From Hydrurus foetidus (taxonomy: Eukaryota): a DNA stretch of 64,000 bases. The position numbers and the translations under genes were made by a program. Positions 9,743 through 22,208 of this stretch are shown here, one piece after another. Each line of letters starts with the position of its first letter. Position 1 is the first letter of the stretch. The stretch is taken from NCBI GenBank assembly GCA_900617105.1, contig UYFQ01000004.1, forward strand, positions 310,001-374,000. Direction: 5' to 3'. The notes under the pieces are model-generated. The model was not told the DNA's origin and did not search any database. It saw only the letters and a program-made list of their open reading frames with translations.

Positions 9743-10747
9743 ATGAAAAAACTGTCTAAGTTGAGTCAATGTCTGTTGGCCGCCGCTGTTGTCACCGGCA
9801 GCTTCGCCGCCCAGGCTCAAGAAAAAGTCACCGTGCAGCTCAAATGGGTGCCGCAAGCCCAATTTGCGGGCTACTACGTGGCAGCAGCCAAGGGCTACTA
9901 CAAGGCCGAGGGCTTGGACGTGACCATCAAACCCGGTGGCCCCGACATCTCGCCCGTGCAGGTGATTGCCGGTAACAACGCCGATATCGTCGTCAACTGG
10001 ATGCCCGATGCCCTGGCCGCCCGCGAAGCCGGTGTGCCGTTGGTCAACGTGGCGCAAATCTTCAACCAATCCGGCCTGATGCTGACCTGCAAAAAAGCCA
10101 GCGGTGTGGCCAACCCCAAAGACCTCAAGGGCAAAACCCTGGGCGTTTGGTACGGCGGCAACGAATACCCGTTCTTGAACTGGATGAGCAAGCTGGGCTA
10201 CAAAGACACGGACATCAAAATCCTGAAGCAAGGCTTCAACGTCGATCCGCTGCTGCAAAACCAAGCCGCTTGCGTCTCCACGATGATTTACAACGAGTAC
10301 TGGCAGATCGTGGATGCGGGCATCAAGGAAAGCGATCTCGTCACCTTCTTCTATGAAAAAGAAGGCGTGGCTTCGCTGGAAGACGGCCTGTACGTACTGG
10401 AACCCAAGCTGAAAGACCCGGTCTTCGTCGCCAAAATGGCCAAGTTCTTGCGGGCCACCTTCAAAGGCTGGAATGACGCAGTGAAAGACCCCGAAGCCGC
10501 CGCCAAAATCGTGGTTGCCGCTGACACCTCGGGCAGCGCCACCGTGCCCGTGCAAAAACGCCAGATGGAAAACGTAGCCAAACTCATCACCAACGCCAAC
10601 ACCGCCAAAATCGGCTACCTGGAGCCTGCGGCCTTTGAGCGCACCGTGAAAGTGCTGATGAGCGGTGGCAGCTCGCCCGTCATCAAAAAAGACCCCGGCA
10701 AAGTCGCCATGAGCCATGTGATTTGGGAAACCGCTACCAAGAAGTGA
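9743..10747 (+). CDS. ABC substrate-binding protein, NMT1/THI5 family (pyrimidine/nucleoside-type)
   Basis: Signal peptide AQA-Q, VQLKWVPQAQFAGYY, KQGFNVDPLLQ, STMIYNEY; GGAG RBS. Confidence 0.92.
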   Translation: MKKLSKLSQCLLAAAVVTGSFAAQAQEKVTVQLKWVPQAQFAGYYVAAAKGYYKAEGLDVTIKPGGPDISPVQVIAGNNADIVVNWMPDALAAREAGVPLVNVAQIFNQSGLMLTCKKASGVANPKDLKGKTLGVWYGGNEYPFLNWMSKLGYKDTDIKILKQGFNVDPLLQNQAACVSTMIYNEYWQIVDAGIKESDLVTFFYEKEGVASLEDGLYVLEPKLKDPVFVAKMAKFLRATFKGWNDAVKDPEAAAKIVVAADTSGSATVPVQKRQMENVAKLITNANTAKIGYLEPAAFERTVKVLMSGGSSPVIKKDPGKVAMSHVIWETATKK

Positions 10748-11370
10748 GCACCGCTGACACCAAAGGCCAGATCCGCCAAGCCAATGAAGCCCTGATCCTC
10801 GCCGCCGCCGAACGTACGTTCGCGGTGGCAGGCTTCAGCGGTGCCACGATGGCCCGCATCGCTGAAGAATCAGGCTTGCCCAAAGCGAACCTGCACTATT
10901 ATTTTGGCAGCAAAGAAACTTTGTACCGTGAGGTGCTGGCCCGTATTTTGAAAGACTGGCTGGCCCCCACCGATGGCATCATCCCCAGCGCCGATCCGGC
11001 CACGGCGCTTGGCGACTACATCCGCAGCAAAATGGCGCTGTCCGCCTCGCGCCCCCATGCGTCCAAGGTGTGGGCGAATGAGATTCTGCACGGCGCGCCA
11101 GTGGTCAAACAGCTGATCGCCACGGAGCTGCGTGCCACCGTCGTGGCCAAATCAGCCGTCATTGACCAATGGATCGCGCAAGGCAAGATGGCCCCGGTGG
11201 ACAGCACCCATTTATTCTTCACCCTGTGGGCGGCGACACAGACTTATGCAGATTTTGAGGTGCAGATGTGCGCCGTGCTAGGCCGCGAGCAGCTGACAGA
11301 CGCTGACCACAAGCGGGCAACGGCGCATGTGGTGGGGTTGGTGCTGCGGGGGTGTGGGTTGGCCGTTTGA
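10744..11370 (+). CDS. rutR: TetR-family regulator, RutR/PydR type
   Basis: GTGA overlap, HTH GLPKANLHYYFGSK, RutR C-terminal signature ANEILHGAP and LWAATQTYADF. Confidence 0.8.
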   Translation: MSTADTKGQIRQANEALILAAAERTFAVAGFSGATMARIAEESGLPKANLHYYFGSKETLYREVLARILKDWLAPTDGIIPSADPATALGDYIRSKMALSASRPHASKVWANEILHGAPVVKQLIATELRATVVAKSAVIDQWIAQGKMAPVDSTHLFFTLWAATQTYADFEVQMCAVLGREQLTDADHKRATAHVVGLVLRGCGLAV

Positions 11371-11400
11371 ACTAAGCGACCAGAAAACAGTCCCAAAGCC

Positions 11401-11949
11401 ATGCGCTTAACTCACCGTATTCCCCGCCTGTTTGGTCAGTGCCTGTTCTTGGTAGCAGGCTTAGGTGCCGTGCAACACCATGCGCAAGCACAAACGCCAC
11501 CAGCATCCCAAGTCGTGGCAACCCCCGCACCCTTTCCCCAACTTACAGGCCAGACTCTGGACGGCAAACCGTTTCAGCTCGCAGCGCTGAAAGGCAAAGT
11601 CGTGCTGGTGATGTTTTGGTCGACTGATTGCGCCGTGTGCCGCGACAAGATGCCTGAGCTGCGGCAAAACTACGAAGGCTGGCGTGGCAAGCCGTTTGAG
11701 CTGGTCACGGTCAGCGTTGACCACCGCATGGACGACCTGAACAGCTACGAAAGCATCATCGCCCGCACCGTACCGCTAAGCCAGCGCTTTGTGCAACTGT
11801 GGAACGGCGCCCCCGGCTACAGCGACAGCTTTGGCAAACCGACCCAACTGCCCACCACCTATCTGCTGGACAAAACTGGCAAGGTGGTAGGACGCTACAG
11901 CGGGCGCATTCCAGCGGAAGCCTGGGATCGGATTGCGGATTTGCTGTAG
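11401..11949 (+). CDS. Exported TlpA-family thioredoxin-like redoxin
   Basis: Signal peptide, LKGKVVLVMFWSTDCAVC (CxxC), LPTTYLLDKTG. Confidence 0.88.
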   Translation: MRLTHRIPRLFGQCLFLVAGLGAVQHHAQAQTPPASQVVATPAPFPQLTGQTLDGKPFQLAALKGKVVLVMFWSTDCAVCRDKMPELRQNYEGWRGKPFELVTVSVDHRMDDLNSYESIIARTVPLSQRFVQLWNGAPGYSDSFGKPTQLPTTYLLDKTGKVVGRYSGRIPAEAWDRIADLL

Positions 11950-11986
11950 TGGCTCTTTGGGCCAATGGTGCGGCGTGCAATACCGA

Positions 11987-12043
11987 TTGCTATTAAAAAA
12001 GTAGCTGATCAAGCTTTATTTACCTGCACCGAAGAGGCCAAAG
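11987..12043 (+). repeat. Dispersed GCTA-N9-TAGC element, intergenic copy
   Basis: TTGCTA ttaaaaaag TAGCT gatcaa GC tttatttacct GCACCGAAGAGGCCAAA. Confidence 0.7.
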
Positions 12044-12218
12044 ACCAGCGAATCAGCCATGATCCGCCTCAATCACCCTTCCAACAAGTGCCTAGTATTC
12101 AACCCCTTGCACAAGGTTTAATGACGCAGTTACAGTCTCAGAATCCAGCGGTTGCACTGCAAGCTTGAACTCGCTTATGTCACATGGCATTCGACACCGC
12201 GACCCAAAAAGGTAAATT

Positions 12219-13892
12219 TTGAACTTACGTCGTAACGACCTCTCCACAAGCAAAGCCTTGGTCATTGACAGTTTTTCAACATCTCGCGGACTTCTGGTTG
12301 CGCAACTGAAGGACTTTGGTATGGGCAAGGTGGTGCAATCTGCGACCACCACACAGGCCCGGAGTAAGCTCGAATACGAGTATTTCGATGTCATCTTGTG
12401 CGAGCACCACTTTGACAAAAGTCAAACATCGGGGCAAGACCTGGTCGATGATCTGCGGCGCAACCAATTACTGCCTTTCTCCACGGTGTTCGTCATGGTG
12501 ACGGCCGAAGCCACCTATGCGAAAGTCTCCGAGGCGGCAGAGTCGGCGTTGGACGGCTATTTGCTCAAGCCCCACAGCGCAAACAGTTTGGGCGAGCGCC
12601 TGTACGCGGCCCGTGCACGCAAGATATCGCTAAGTGAAATCTTTCAAGCCATTGATGCAGAAGACTTTAGCAGCGCCGCAAACCTGTGCATGGCACGTTT
12701 CGAAGCCAAAGGCCCTTATTGGCTGTACGCCGCACGGGTGGGAGCTGAATTACTGCTACGCACCAACCAATACGATCAAGCGCAAACCTTGTACGAAGCC
12801 GTGATTGCGGCGAAAGCGCTGCCTTGGGCCAAGCTGGGCGTAGCGCGCTCCATGTTGAGTGCGGGCCAAACGACCAAGGCCACTCGCGCCATTGAAGGGT
12901 TGCTTGGAGAAGACCCTGGGTATGCCGATGCCTATGACATCCTCGGTAAGGCCCAGTTTGAACAGGGCAAGTACGAGCAGGCTCTGGCCTCTTACCAAAT
13001 GGCATCATCCATAGCACCCTACTCCATCACCCGGTCGCAAAACCTGGGGGTGATGCTGTACTTCGTGGGGGATCGCAAGGAAGCTGAGAAAGTGCTGGAC
13101 CACACGGTACGCATCGGCATTACCTCCAAATTATTGGACTGCCAGACGCTGGTACTGCAGGGTTTTTTGCGCTTGGAAGCCAAAGACAGCAAGGGACTGC
13201 AACGCTGCCTGACAGATTTTGCCCGCGTGGCGGAACGCAGCACCGATGCTGCACGCATCCAACGCCTCACGGGAATTCTGAACACGATGATGCTGATCCA
13301 AACCCAGCAGATAACCCAGTCTACGCAAGCTGTGCGTGATTTCGCCAAAGAGGTTGACACGCCTGGATTTGATTTTGAATCGGCCTGCAACCTGCTCACA
13401 CTGACCAGTGTGCTGGCACAAAGATGCATCCAACTCGACGAGATTGACCACACGATTGATGCCTTGGGCATGCGTTTTTGCACCTCACGACCGCTTAGCG
13501 AGTTGTTGGCAAGATCGGGACTAGCCTACGAAACCTACGCAGATCGCATACGCGAGTGTCAATCCAAGATCACCAAAATCGCCGAAAAAGCTTTGGCCAG
13601 CAGTCTGAATGGCGACCCCAAAGCTGCGGCGGAGAATCTGGTCATGCACGGCAGTGCCACGCACAATGCCAAGCTGATTGAAACCGCCTATCTTGTGCTT
13701 CAACGCTATGAGGACAAAATTGATGGTCATGCAACCCTGTTGGCCACTGTGCAAAACTTGCGCTCTGACTTTGCCCAAGTAAATAGCCGCGCCATCGTAG
13801 GGGAATCGACACGCCAAGCGGGTTCACTGATATTGCGCACCGGCAGCGCTGCGCGTACCCGTCATGGCGTGCCGCCGCCAAAATCTGCCTAG
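12219..13892 (+). CDS. Atypical receiver (REC) domain plus TPR-repeat protein
   Basis: REC fold motifs ALVIDS, DVILCE, VMVTAE, YLLKP followed by TPR-like helices (AYDILGKAQFEQGKYEQALASYQMA); TTG start is uncertain. Confidence 0.82.
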   Translation: MNLRRNDLSTSKALVIDSFSTSRGLLVAQLKDFGMGKVVQSATTTQARSKLEYEYFDVILCEHHFDKSQTSGQDLVDDLRRNQLLPFSTVFVMVTAEATYAKVSEAAESALDGYLLKPHSANSLGERLYAARARKISLSEIFQAIDAEDFSSAANLCMARFEAKGPYWLYAARVGAELLLRTNQYDQAQTLYEAVIAAKALPWAKLGVARSMLSAGQTTKATRAIEGLLGEDPGYADAYDILGKAQFEQGKYEQALASYQMASSIAPYSITRSQNLGVMLYFVGDRKEAEKVLDHTVRIGITSKLLDCQTLVLQGFLRLEAKDSKGLQRCLTDFARVAERSTDAARIQRLTGILNTMMLIQTQQITQSTQAVRDFAKEVDTPGFDFESACNLLTLTSVLAQRCIQLDEIDHTIDALGMRFCTSRPLSELLARSGLAYETYADRIRECQSKITKIAEKALASSLNGDPKAAAENLVMHGSATHNAKLIETAYLVLQRYEDKIDGHATLLATVQNLRSDFAQVNSRAIVGESTRQAGSLILRTGSAARTRHGVPPPKSA

Positions 13893-14005
13893 ACGGCACG
13901 CAACCCATCTTTATTGATCCAGGGTGTCGCACCCACCGGGCACGGTTCAACGCGCGACCGTTGTCGTATCCCCAAGCGTCGCAGGGTAGCCTCTAAAATC
14001 GGGCG

Positions 14006-14992
14006 ATGACCCACACCACCACAATAGCCACCCACAGTGGCACTTTCCATGCTGACGATGTTTTTGGCGTCGGCGTTCTGATGGGGGTTTTCCCATCGCA
14101 CACCCTGCTGCGCACCCGCGACAAAGACCTCATCGCCACCGCTGATTTTGTAGTGGACGTGGGCGGTGTCTGGGATGCAGCCACGGGTCGTTTTGACCAC
14201 CACCAGCGCGGCTTTACCGGCGCACGCCCGGCGCGGCAAGTTGCAGGAGACGCAGGGCCAACCACCGTGCCCGGCGTGGGCTACGCCAGTGCCGGTTTGG
14301 TGTGGGCAGCCTTTGGCACTGCCTACGTCGCCGCATGGGCCGCCACCTATGGCCACACGCTGGACGCGCACGCCGTAGCCGACGTGGCGAACTCGCTTGA
14401 CCAGTCCCTGGTGCAGTACCTCGACATCGTGGACACGGGCCAAGGCGATGTGGCTCCTGGCATCTTCGGCCTGTCAGCCCTCCTCGCCCAACTCAACACG
14501 CATTGGCTGGAAGAGCAGGGGCTGAGCTTAGATGCCAAAGCCAAGCTGCTGGAAACCCGTTTCCGCGAGGCCGTCGCCATCACGCGTAAATTCCTCGACC
14601 ACGCCATCAGTAAAAAAGTAGCGCAAATTCGCGCGATGGACATCGTGCGTCAAGCACCACGTCTGCTAGGCGGGAAACTGCTGCACCTGCGTGAGGGCGG
14701 CATGCCCTGGACGCGCGTGGTGGTGGACGAAATGCCCGAGGTGCTTTTTGTGATCTACCCCGACTCAGACGGCAACCAGTACCAGATCAAGACTGTGCCG
14801 GTAGAGCCGGGCTCGTTTGACACCCGTATGGATTTGCCCGCAAGCTGGGCCGGTCTGCGTGACCAGGAGCTGGCTGCGGTGACGGGGGTGGAAGACAGCG
14901 TGTTCTGCCACTTGAACCTGTTCATCGGCGGAGCCCGGAGTTTTGAAGGCGCAGTGAAATTGGCGGAGCTGGCACTGGCTGAACCGGTGTGA
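14006..14992 (+). CDS. MYG1-family (UPF0160) DHH-like metal-dependent nuclease/hydrolase
   Basis: THSGTFHADD, VDVGG, FDHHQ, ASAGLVW, WAGLRD, FCH..FIGG are all MYG1 signatures. Confidence 0.9.
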   Translation: MTHTTTIATHSGTFHADDVFGVGVLMGVFPSHTLLRTRDKDLIATADFVVDVGGVWDAATGRFDHHQRGFTGARPARQVAGDAGPTTVPGVGYASAGLVWAAFGTAYVAAWAATYGHTLDAHAVADVANSLDQSLVQYLDIVDTGQGDVAPGIFGLSALLAQLNTHWLEEQGLSLDAKAKLLETRFREAVAITRKFLDHAISKKVAQIRAMDIVRQAPRLLGGKLLHLREGGMPWTRVVVDEMPEVLFVIYPDSDGNQYQIKTVPVEPGSFDTRMDLPASWAGLRDQELAAVTGVEDSVFCHLNLFIGGARSFEGAVKLAELALAEPV

Positions 14993-15015
14993 TAAAAGCT
15001 GCGCTCTAGATCCGA

Positions 15016-15046
15016 ATGGACTCGGGCCACCAGCGCCCGAGTCCAT
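15016..15046. terminator. Hairpin between convergent MYG1 and katG
   Basis: Perfect 12-bp stem ATGGACTCGGGC / GCCCGAGTCCAT with 7-nt loop; no strong T tract. Confidence 0.55.
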
Positions 15047-15051
15047 GCAGG

Positions 15052-17315
<2,264 letters not shown>

Positions 17316-17444
17316 ATTTATGCATCAGATAGCCTTTTCCAACGAGACCACCGAGTTTGCGCAGATGCCAAAAGGCTAAGCGCTGACGAGGCAAGCTCGT
17401 TGCTCACTCTTGGAAAGCCAACGCAGCATCACCTGAAGCACACC

Positions 17445-17475
17445 ACAAAACAAAACGGCTCCCCAAGGAGCCGTT
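17445..17475 (-). terminator. Rho-independent terminator of glcB
   Basis: Stem AACGGCTCC / GGAGCCGTT with 4-nt loop, followed on the minus strand by TTGTTTTGT. Confidence 0.75.
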
Positions 17476-17504
17476 GTGATGTCAAAGGGGCATTTTCACC
17501 ACCC

Positions 17505-17560
17505 CCTCAACCCATAGTCGCTTATGCCATAAGCACAAGAAGCTACACATTCAATAGCAA
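17505..17560 (-). repeat. Dispersed GCTA-N9-TAGC element, intergenic copy (reverse orientation)
   Basis: Minus strand reads TTGCTA ttgaatgtg TAGCT tcttgt GC ttatggcataa GCGACTATGG, directly after the glcB stop. Confidence 0.7.
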
Positions 17561-17564
17561 ATCA

Positions 17565-19790
17565 TCAAGCTATTCCCGCCTTCACCTTCAAGCGCCAAGC
17601 GTGCAGCAGCGGCTCGGTGTAGCCACTGGGTTGCGCCAGCCCCTTGAACACCAGATCGCAAGCCGCTTTGTACGCCGCAGAGGTGCCAAAGTTGCCCGCC
17701 ATCGGCTGGTACAGCGCATCACCCGCGTTTTGACCGTCCACCACAGCGGCCATGCGCTCGAAGGTTTCGGTGATTTGGGCATGCGTCACCACACCGTGGT
17801 GCAGCCAGTTGGCCATGTGTTGGCTGCTGATGCGCAGGGTAGCGCGGTCTTCCATCAGACCGACGTTGTGGATGTCGGGCACTTTGGAGCAGCCCACGCC
17901 TTGGTCAACCCAGCGCACCACGTAGCCGAGGATGCCTTGGGCGTTGTTGTCCAACTCTTGTTGCTTTTCAGCCGCCGTCCAGTTCGGGCTGGCGGTCACG
18001 GGAATTTGCAGCAGGCCTGCGAGGATGTTGTCGCGCGTGGCGACCGGGTCAGCGGCGGCATCAGCGGTTTCCATCGCCAGTTGGAGGGCTGCCACGTTGA
18101 CTTGCTGGTAGTGCAGCGCGTGCAGCGTGGCACCTGTGGGGCTGGGCACCCAAGCGGTGTTGGCACCGGCTTTGGGGTGAGCGATTTTTTGCTCCAACAT
18201 GGCAGCCATCAGGTCGGGCATAGCCCACATGCCTTTGCCGATTTGGGCTTTGCCGCGCAAGCCGCAGGCGAGGCCGACCAGCACGTTGTTCTTTTCGTAA
18301 GCCTGAATCCACGCGCTGGTCTTCATGTCGCCCTTGCGGATCATGGGGCCAGCGTGCATGGCGGTGTGCATCTCATCACCAGTGCGGTCGAGGAAGCCGG
18401 TGTTGATGAAGGCCACGCGGCTGGCGGCGGCGGCGATGCAGGCTTTCAGGTTGACGCTGGTACGGCGCTCTTCGTCCATGATGCCGAGCTTGACGGTGCT
18501 GTCGGGCAAGCCCAAGACTTTTTCAACACGGCCAAACAGCTCAGCGGCAAAGGCGACTTCAGCCGGGCCGTGCATTTTGGGCTTGACGATGTAGACGCTG
18601 CCGGTGCGGCTGTTTTTAATGCCATTTTGGCCATGACCTTGCAAATCGTGCAGGGCGATGGTGGTGGTCACCACCGCATCCAAGATGCCTTCAGGGATTT
18701 CCTTCGTGCTGCCGTCTTGGGCGGTGTAGGTGATGGCCGGGTTGGTCATCAAATGGCCTACATTGCGCAGGAACATCAGCGAGCGGCCATGCAATTTGAC
18801 AGCAGCCCCCGCAGCACTGGTGTACTCGCGGTCAGGGTTCAGGCCACGGGTGATGGTTTTACCGCCTTTGGTCAATTCTTCGGTCAGCGTGCCTTGCAAG
18901 ATGCCCAGCCAGTTGCTGTAGGCCACCACTTTGTCTTGCGCGTCCACCACGGCCACCGAGTCTTCCAGATCGAGGATGGTGGAAAGCGCGGCTTCCAGCA
19001 CCAGATCACTCACGCCCGCTGCGTCGGTCTTCCCGATGGGGGTGGCGCGGTTGATGATGATGTCAAGGTGGTTGCCGTTGTTTTTGAGCAGGATGGACGT
19101 GGGTGCAGCGGCATCGCCCTGGTAGCCGATGAACTGCGCGGCATCTTTCAGGCCCGTGCTGCTGCCGTCTTTCAGGCTGACGACCAATGCGCCACCAACG
19201 ACGGTGTAGCCGGTGGCATCCGCGTGCGAGCCAGCGGCCAGCGGGGTGGATTGGTTCAGCACGTTGCGGGCGAAAGCAATGACCTTGGCACCACGAACGG
19301 GGTTGTAGCCACTGCCTTTTTCCGCGCCGTCCGTCTCAGGGATAACGTCCGTGCCGTACAGCGCGTCGTACAGGCTGCCCCAGCGGGCGTTGGCGGCGTT
19401 CAGCGCGTAGCGGGCGTTCAGAATGGGCACCACCAGCTGTGGGCCCGCTTGCACGGCGAGCTCGGCGTCCACATTCGCCGTGGTGGCGGCGACATGGGCT
19501 GGCTGGGGGACGAGGTAGCCAATGGTTTCCAAATACTTGCGGTAGGCCGCCATGTCGCTGATGGGGCCGGGGTTGGCTTTGTGCCAGGTGTCCAGCTCGG
19601 TTTGCAGGCGGTCGCGCTCGGCCAGCAAAGCGATGTTCTTAGGGGCTAAATCAGCCACGATCGCGTCAAAACCAGACCAGAACGCATCGCTGGCCACGCC
19701 GGTGCCAGGCAAGACTTTGGATTCAATGAACTGGTGCAATTCGGTCGCCACTTGCAGGCGGTGAACAGCAGTGCGGGGGGTGGTGGACAT
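17565..19790 (-). CDS. glcB: Malate synthase G
   Basis: [66 protein letters not shown]. Confidence 0.98.
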   Translation of the reverse strand: MSTTPRTAVHRLQVATELHQFIESKVLPGTGVASDAFWSGFDAIVADLAPKNIALLAERDRLQTELDTWHKANPGPISDMAAYRKYLETIGYLVPQPAHVAATTANVDAELAVQAGPQLVVPILNARYALNAANARWGSLYDALYGTDVIPETDGAEKGSGYNPVRGAKVIAFARNVLNQSTPLAAGSHADATGYTVVGGALVVSLKDGSSTGLKDAAQFIGYQGDAAAPTSILLKNNGNHLDIIINRATPIGKTDAAGVSDLVLEAALSTILDLEDSVAVVDAQDKVVAYSNWLGILQGTLTEELTKGGKTITRGLNPDREYTSAAGAAVKLHGRSLMFLRNVGHLMTNPAITYTAQDGSTKEIPEGILDAVVTTTIALHDLQGHGQNGIKNSRTGSVYIVKPKMHGPAEVAFAAELFGRVEKVLGLPDSTVKLGIMDEERRTSVNLKACIAAAASRVAFINTGFLDRTGDEMHTAMHAGPMIRKGDMKTSAWIQAYEKNNVLVGLACGLRGKAQIGKGMWAMPDLMAAMLEQKIAHPKAGANTAWVPSPTGATLHALHYQQVNVAALQLAMETADAAADPVATRDNILAGLLQIPVTASPNWTAAEKQQELDNNAQGILGYVVRWVDQGVGCSKVPDIHNVGLMEDRATLRISSQHMANWLHHGVVTHAQITETFERMAAVVDGQNAGDALYQPMAGNFGTSAAYKAACDLVFKGLAQPSGYTEPLLHAWRLKVKAGIA

Positions 19791-19895
19791 AGCGGAAGCC
19801 TCAAAAGTTGAAAAACAATGGCCCTACTGTATTCGATACTTATCAAGCCATTAATTGCGCAATCAGCACTTAATTTGTGACTTATTCAGAGGTAA

Positions 19896-20627
19896 TTACT
19901 TCGGCTCAGGGTCAAAACGATAACCTACCCCGTAAACCGAAGCGATCCCTGAGCCCAGTGGGCGCAGTTGGTCGATTTTGCGGCGCAAGTTTTTGACATG
20001 GCTATCGATGGCGCGGTCGCTCACGTCCCGAAAATCCTGGTGCAGCGCGTCGAGCAGGCGGGCACGGGCGAACACATGGCCGGGGCGCGACAGCAGCAAG
20101 CGAAACAGCCGAAACTCCACGGGGGTCAAGAGCAGCGGCTGGCCCTGCCAGAAAGCCCGCTGGCCCTCATCGTCGAGCGTGAATTCAGGCGATGAGACCG
20201 CTACAGCCAGCCCCCCCTCACTGCGCCGCAGCAGAGCTTTGACCCGTGCGACCAGCTCACGCGGACTGAAGGGCTTACAAACGTAGTCGTCCGCACCGAT
20301 GTCCAGCCCCAGCAGACGGTCAACCTCATCAATGCGGGCTGTCAGCATGATGATGGGCACGGCGGAAAAGGCCCGCACCGCCTGGCAAACTGCCATACCG
20401 TCCAGCCCCGGCAGCATCACGTCCAGCAGCACCAGCACAGGAAAAGCAGCGGATACACCGTGGGTGCGGTGCAACCACGCCAAAGCTTGCACACCATCGC
20501 CCTCGATGTGGGTGGCAAAGCCGTGCATGTGCAGGTAATTGGCCACCATGTCGGCGATCTTGGCATCGTCTTCGACAAGCAAAATCAGCCGTGTTGCGGG
20601 CAATGAAAGGGTGGCCGTCATGGTCAT
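19896..20627 (-). CDS. OmpR-family response regulator (BaeR-like)
   Basis: LVEDD, LLDVMLPG, DDYVCKPFSPRE, wHTH with DRAIDSHVKNLRRK and VYGVGY; ATGA overlap with the kinase. Confidence 0.92.
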   Translation of the reverse strand: MTMTATLSLPATRLILLVEDDAKIADMVANYLHMHGFATHIEGDGVQALAWLHRTHGVSAAFPVLVLLDVMLPGLDGMAVCQAVRAFSAVPIIMLTARIDEVDRLLGLDIGADDYVCKPFSPRELVARVKALLRRSEGGLAVAVSSPEFTLDDEGQRAFWQGQPLLLTPVEFRLFRLLLSRPGHVFARARLLDALHQDFRDVSDRAIDSHVKNLRRKIDQLRPLGSGIASVYGVGYRFDPEPK

Positions 20628-22201
20628 CTTAAGGAAGCGGATTGAACGGGTTGAAAGGGTTGCAGTGGCAAATGCACTTGAATCCTCAAGCCCCCCAGAG
20701 CACTGGCGCTCGCGCTGATGCGGCCCTGGTGCGCTTTGACGATGGCTTGCGCAATCGACAACCCCAAGCCGCTGCCCCCTTGCCCCCGCCCTCGTGCCAC
20801 ATCGGCCCGAAACAGCGGCTCAAACAGGTGCTGCAACTGTTGCGGTGCCACGCTGGGGGCGGTGTCTTCCAGCGTCAGCAGCAGACACGGGCCAAGGGCC
20901 AGCGGATCAGCCAACACCGTTTGCCAGCGCAGCACCACACGACCCGGTGGCGTGGTGTAGCGCAGGCTGTTTTCCAGCAGGTTCGTGAGGAGTTGCTCGA
21001 TGCGGCCAAAGTCCCAGCAGGCCATCGAAGGTGGCATCGTCTGCGTTTCTGGCACCCCGTCAAACTCCAGCACCAGCCCACGCTGGACGGCACGCGGCTC
21101 GAAGCGCTGCGCCACCCGCCGCAGCAGGGCTTGAGCGTCACCTTCCACGAATTCACAGGGTAGCTGCCCCAAATCGGCCATCGACAGGGTGTGCAGATCG
21201 TTCACCAGCCGAACCAGTTGTAGCACCTCATCACGCAGGCTGGCCATCACCGCTGGGGTGGGCTGGCGGGCACCGTCTTCGATCGATTCGATCTCGCCCT
21301 GCAACACAGCCAGCGGCGTGCGCAACTCGTGTGAAAGCTGCGCAATCCAGACGCGGCGGGCCGATTCCAGTGTGGCCAGGGCTTGGGACATGTGGTTCAC
21401 ATCGTCAACCAATCCGGCAATCTCCAGCGAACCTTGGCCCGCCAGAGACGCGGGGATCTGAAAGCCCAATTCACCCCGCGCCATGCGTTGCGTGGCCTGT
21501 TGCAAGTCCCGCAGCGGACGGCTCCAACGGCGGGCCGCCCACCATGCCAGCAGCAAAGACAGCAGCAGCGTCACCACCATCGCCAGCCCCAAAACACCGT
21601 ACTGACGTTGCAAGAAGCGCGTATCCACACCTTGCAGCTCATGCTCCTGTGTCAAGATCACGGAGGCCACCTGCTGACCTCGCACAAAGACAGAACGCGA
21701 TACCACAGGTGCGCCGCGTGGCTGCTCACGCCCGGCCAGCCACTGGCCTTGCGCATCCAAAATCTGGATACGCCCTGCAATACTCCCCGGTGGCGGGGGG
21801 CGGTGCGGCGGCGGTGGTGGCTGCCGTGGTGGCGGTCGTGAAAAAGGGCGCGGGGGCCTGCCATCGTCGGGCTGGGTCTCGTCAGTGCGCCCCCCCCTGT
21901 TGGTGCCTCTGGGAACCGGCCTGGCCAAACCTTCGACGCTGGCAAACTCGTCAACGAGCAACGCCATCGCTTCGCGCGAGCCACGCAACCAGTCCATTGA
22001 CGGGTCAGGCGCAGAGCGCAGTTCGAGCAACTGTACGAACCGGTCAAGCTGCACATCATCCCGCGCAAGCCGGTACTCCGCGAAGCCGCTACGCAGATTC
22101 CACGCCACCACGCCGCCCACACCCACCATCGCCAGCACCACAGCAGCGAGCAGCAGCAAAGAGAGTTGGTGGACTATTTTCAGGCGAACGGGCAGGCGCA
22201 T
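20624..22201 (-). CDS. Sensor histidine kinase (BaeS-like) with Pro-rich periplasmic domain and HAMP
   Basis: Two TMs, HAMP, H-box SHELRTPL, NLLENSLRY, GSGLGL. Confidence 0.9.
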   Translation of the reverse strand: MRLPVRLKIVHQLSLLLLAAVVLAMVGVGGVVAWNLRSGFAEYRLARDDVQLDRFVQLLELRSAPDPSMDWLRGSREAMALLVDEFASVEGLARPVPRGTNRGGRTDETQPDDGRPPRPFSRPPPRQPPPPPHRPPPPGSIAGRIQILDAQGQWLAGREQPRGAPVVSRSVFVRGQQVASVILTQEHELQGVDTRFLQRQYGVLGLAMVVTLLLSLLLAWWAARRWSRPLRDLQQATQRMARGELGFQIPASLAGQGSLEIAGLVDDVNHMSQALATLESARRVWIAQLSHELRTPLAVLQGEIESIEDGARQPTPAVMASLRDEVLQLVRLVNDLHTLSMADLGQLPCEFVEGDAQALLRRVAQRFEPRAVQRGLVLEFDGVPETQTMPPSMACWDFGRIEQLLTNLLENSLRYTTPPGRVVLRWQTVLADPLALGPCLLLTLEDTAPSVAPQQLQHLFEPLFRADVARGRGQGGSGLGLSIAQAIVKAHQGRISASASALGGLRIQVHLPLQPFQPVQSASLR

Positions 22202-22208
22202 GGCCGGA

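Noticed and set aside
14606..14635. AT-rich ...AAAAAAGTAGC inside MYG1 as another copy of the repeat
   Set aside because: No GCTA half-site at the required 9-nt spacing; explained by Lys-Lys-Val-Ala codons.
17375..17420. CTGACGA ... GAAA resembling a hammerhead ribozyme core
   Set aside because: GAAA does not directly follow the candidate stem II, and I could not form stems I and III.
17400..19649. 749-aa ORF on + antisense to glcB, and similar long antisense ORFs (21885-23621, 53692-55305, 39199-40413, 9584-10717)
   Set aside because: They mirror well-supported genes in a GC-rich genome with strong codon bias and show no recognisable motifs; these are shadow ORFs.
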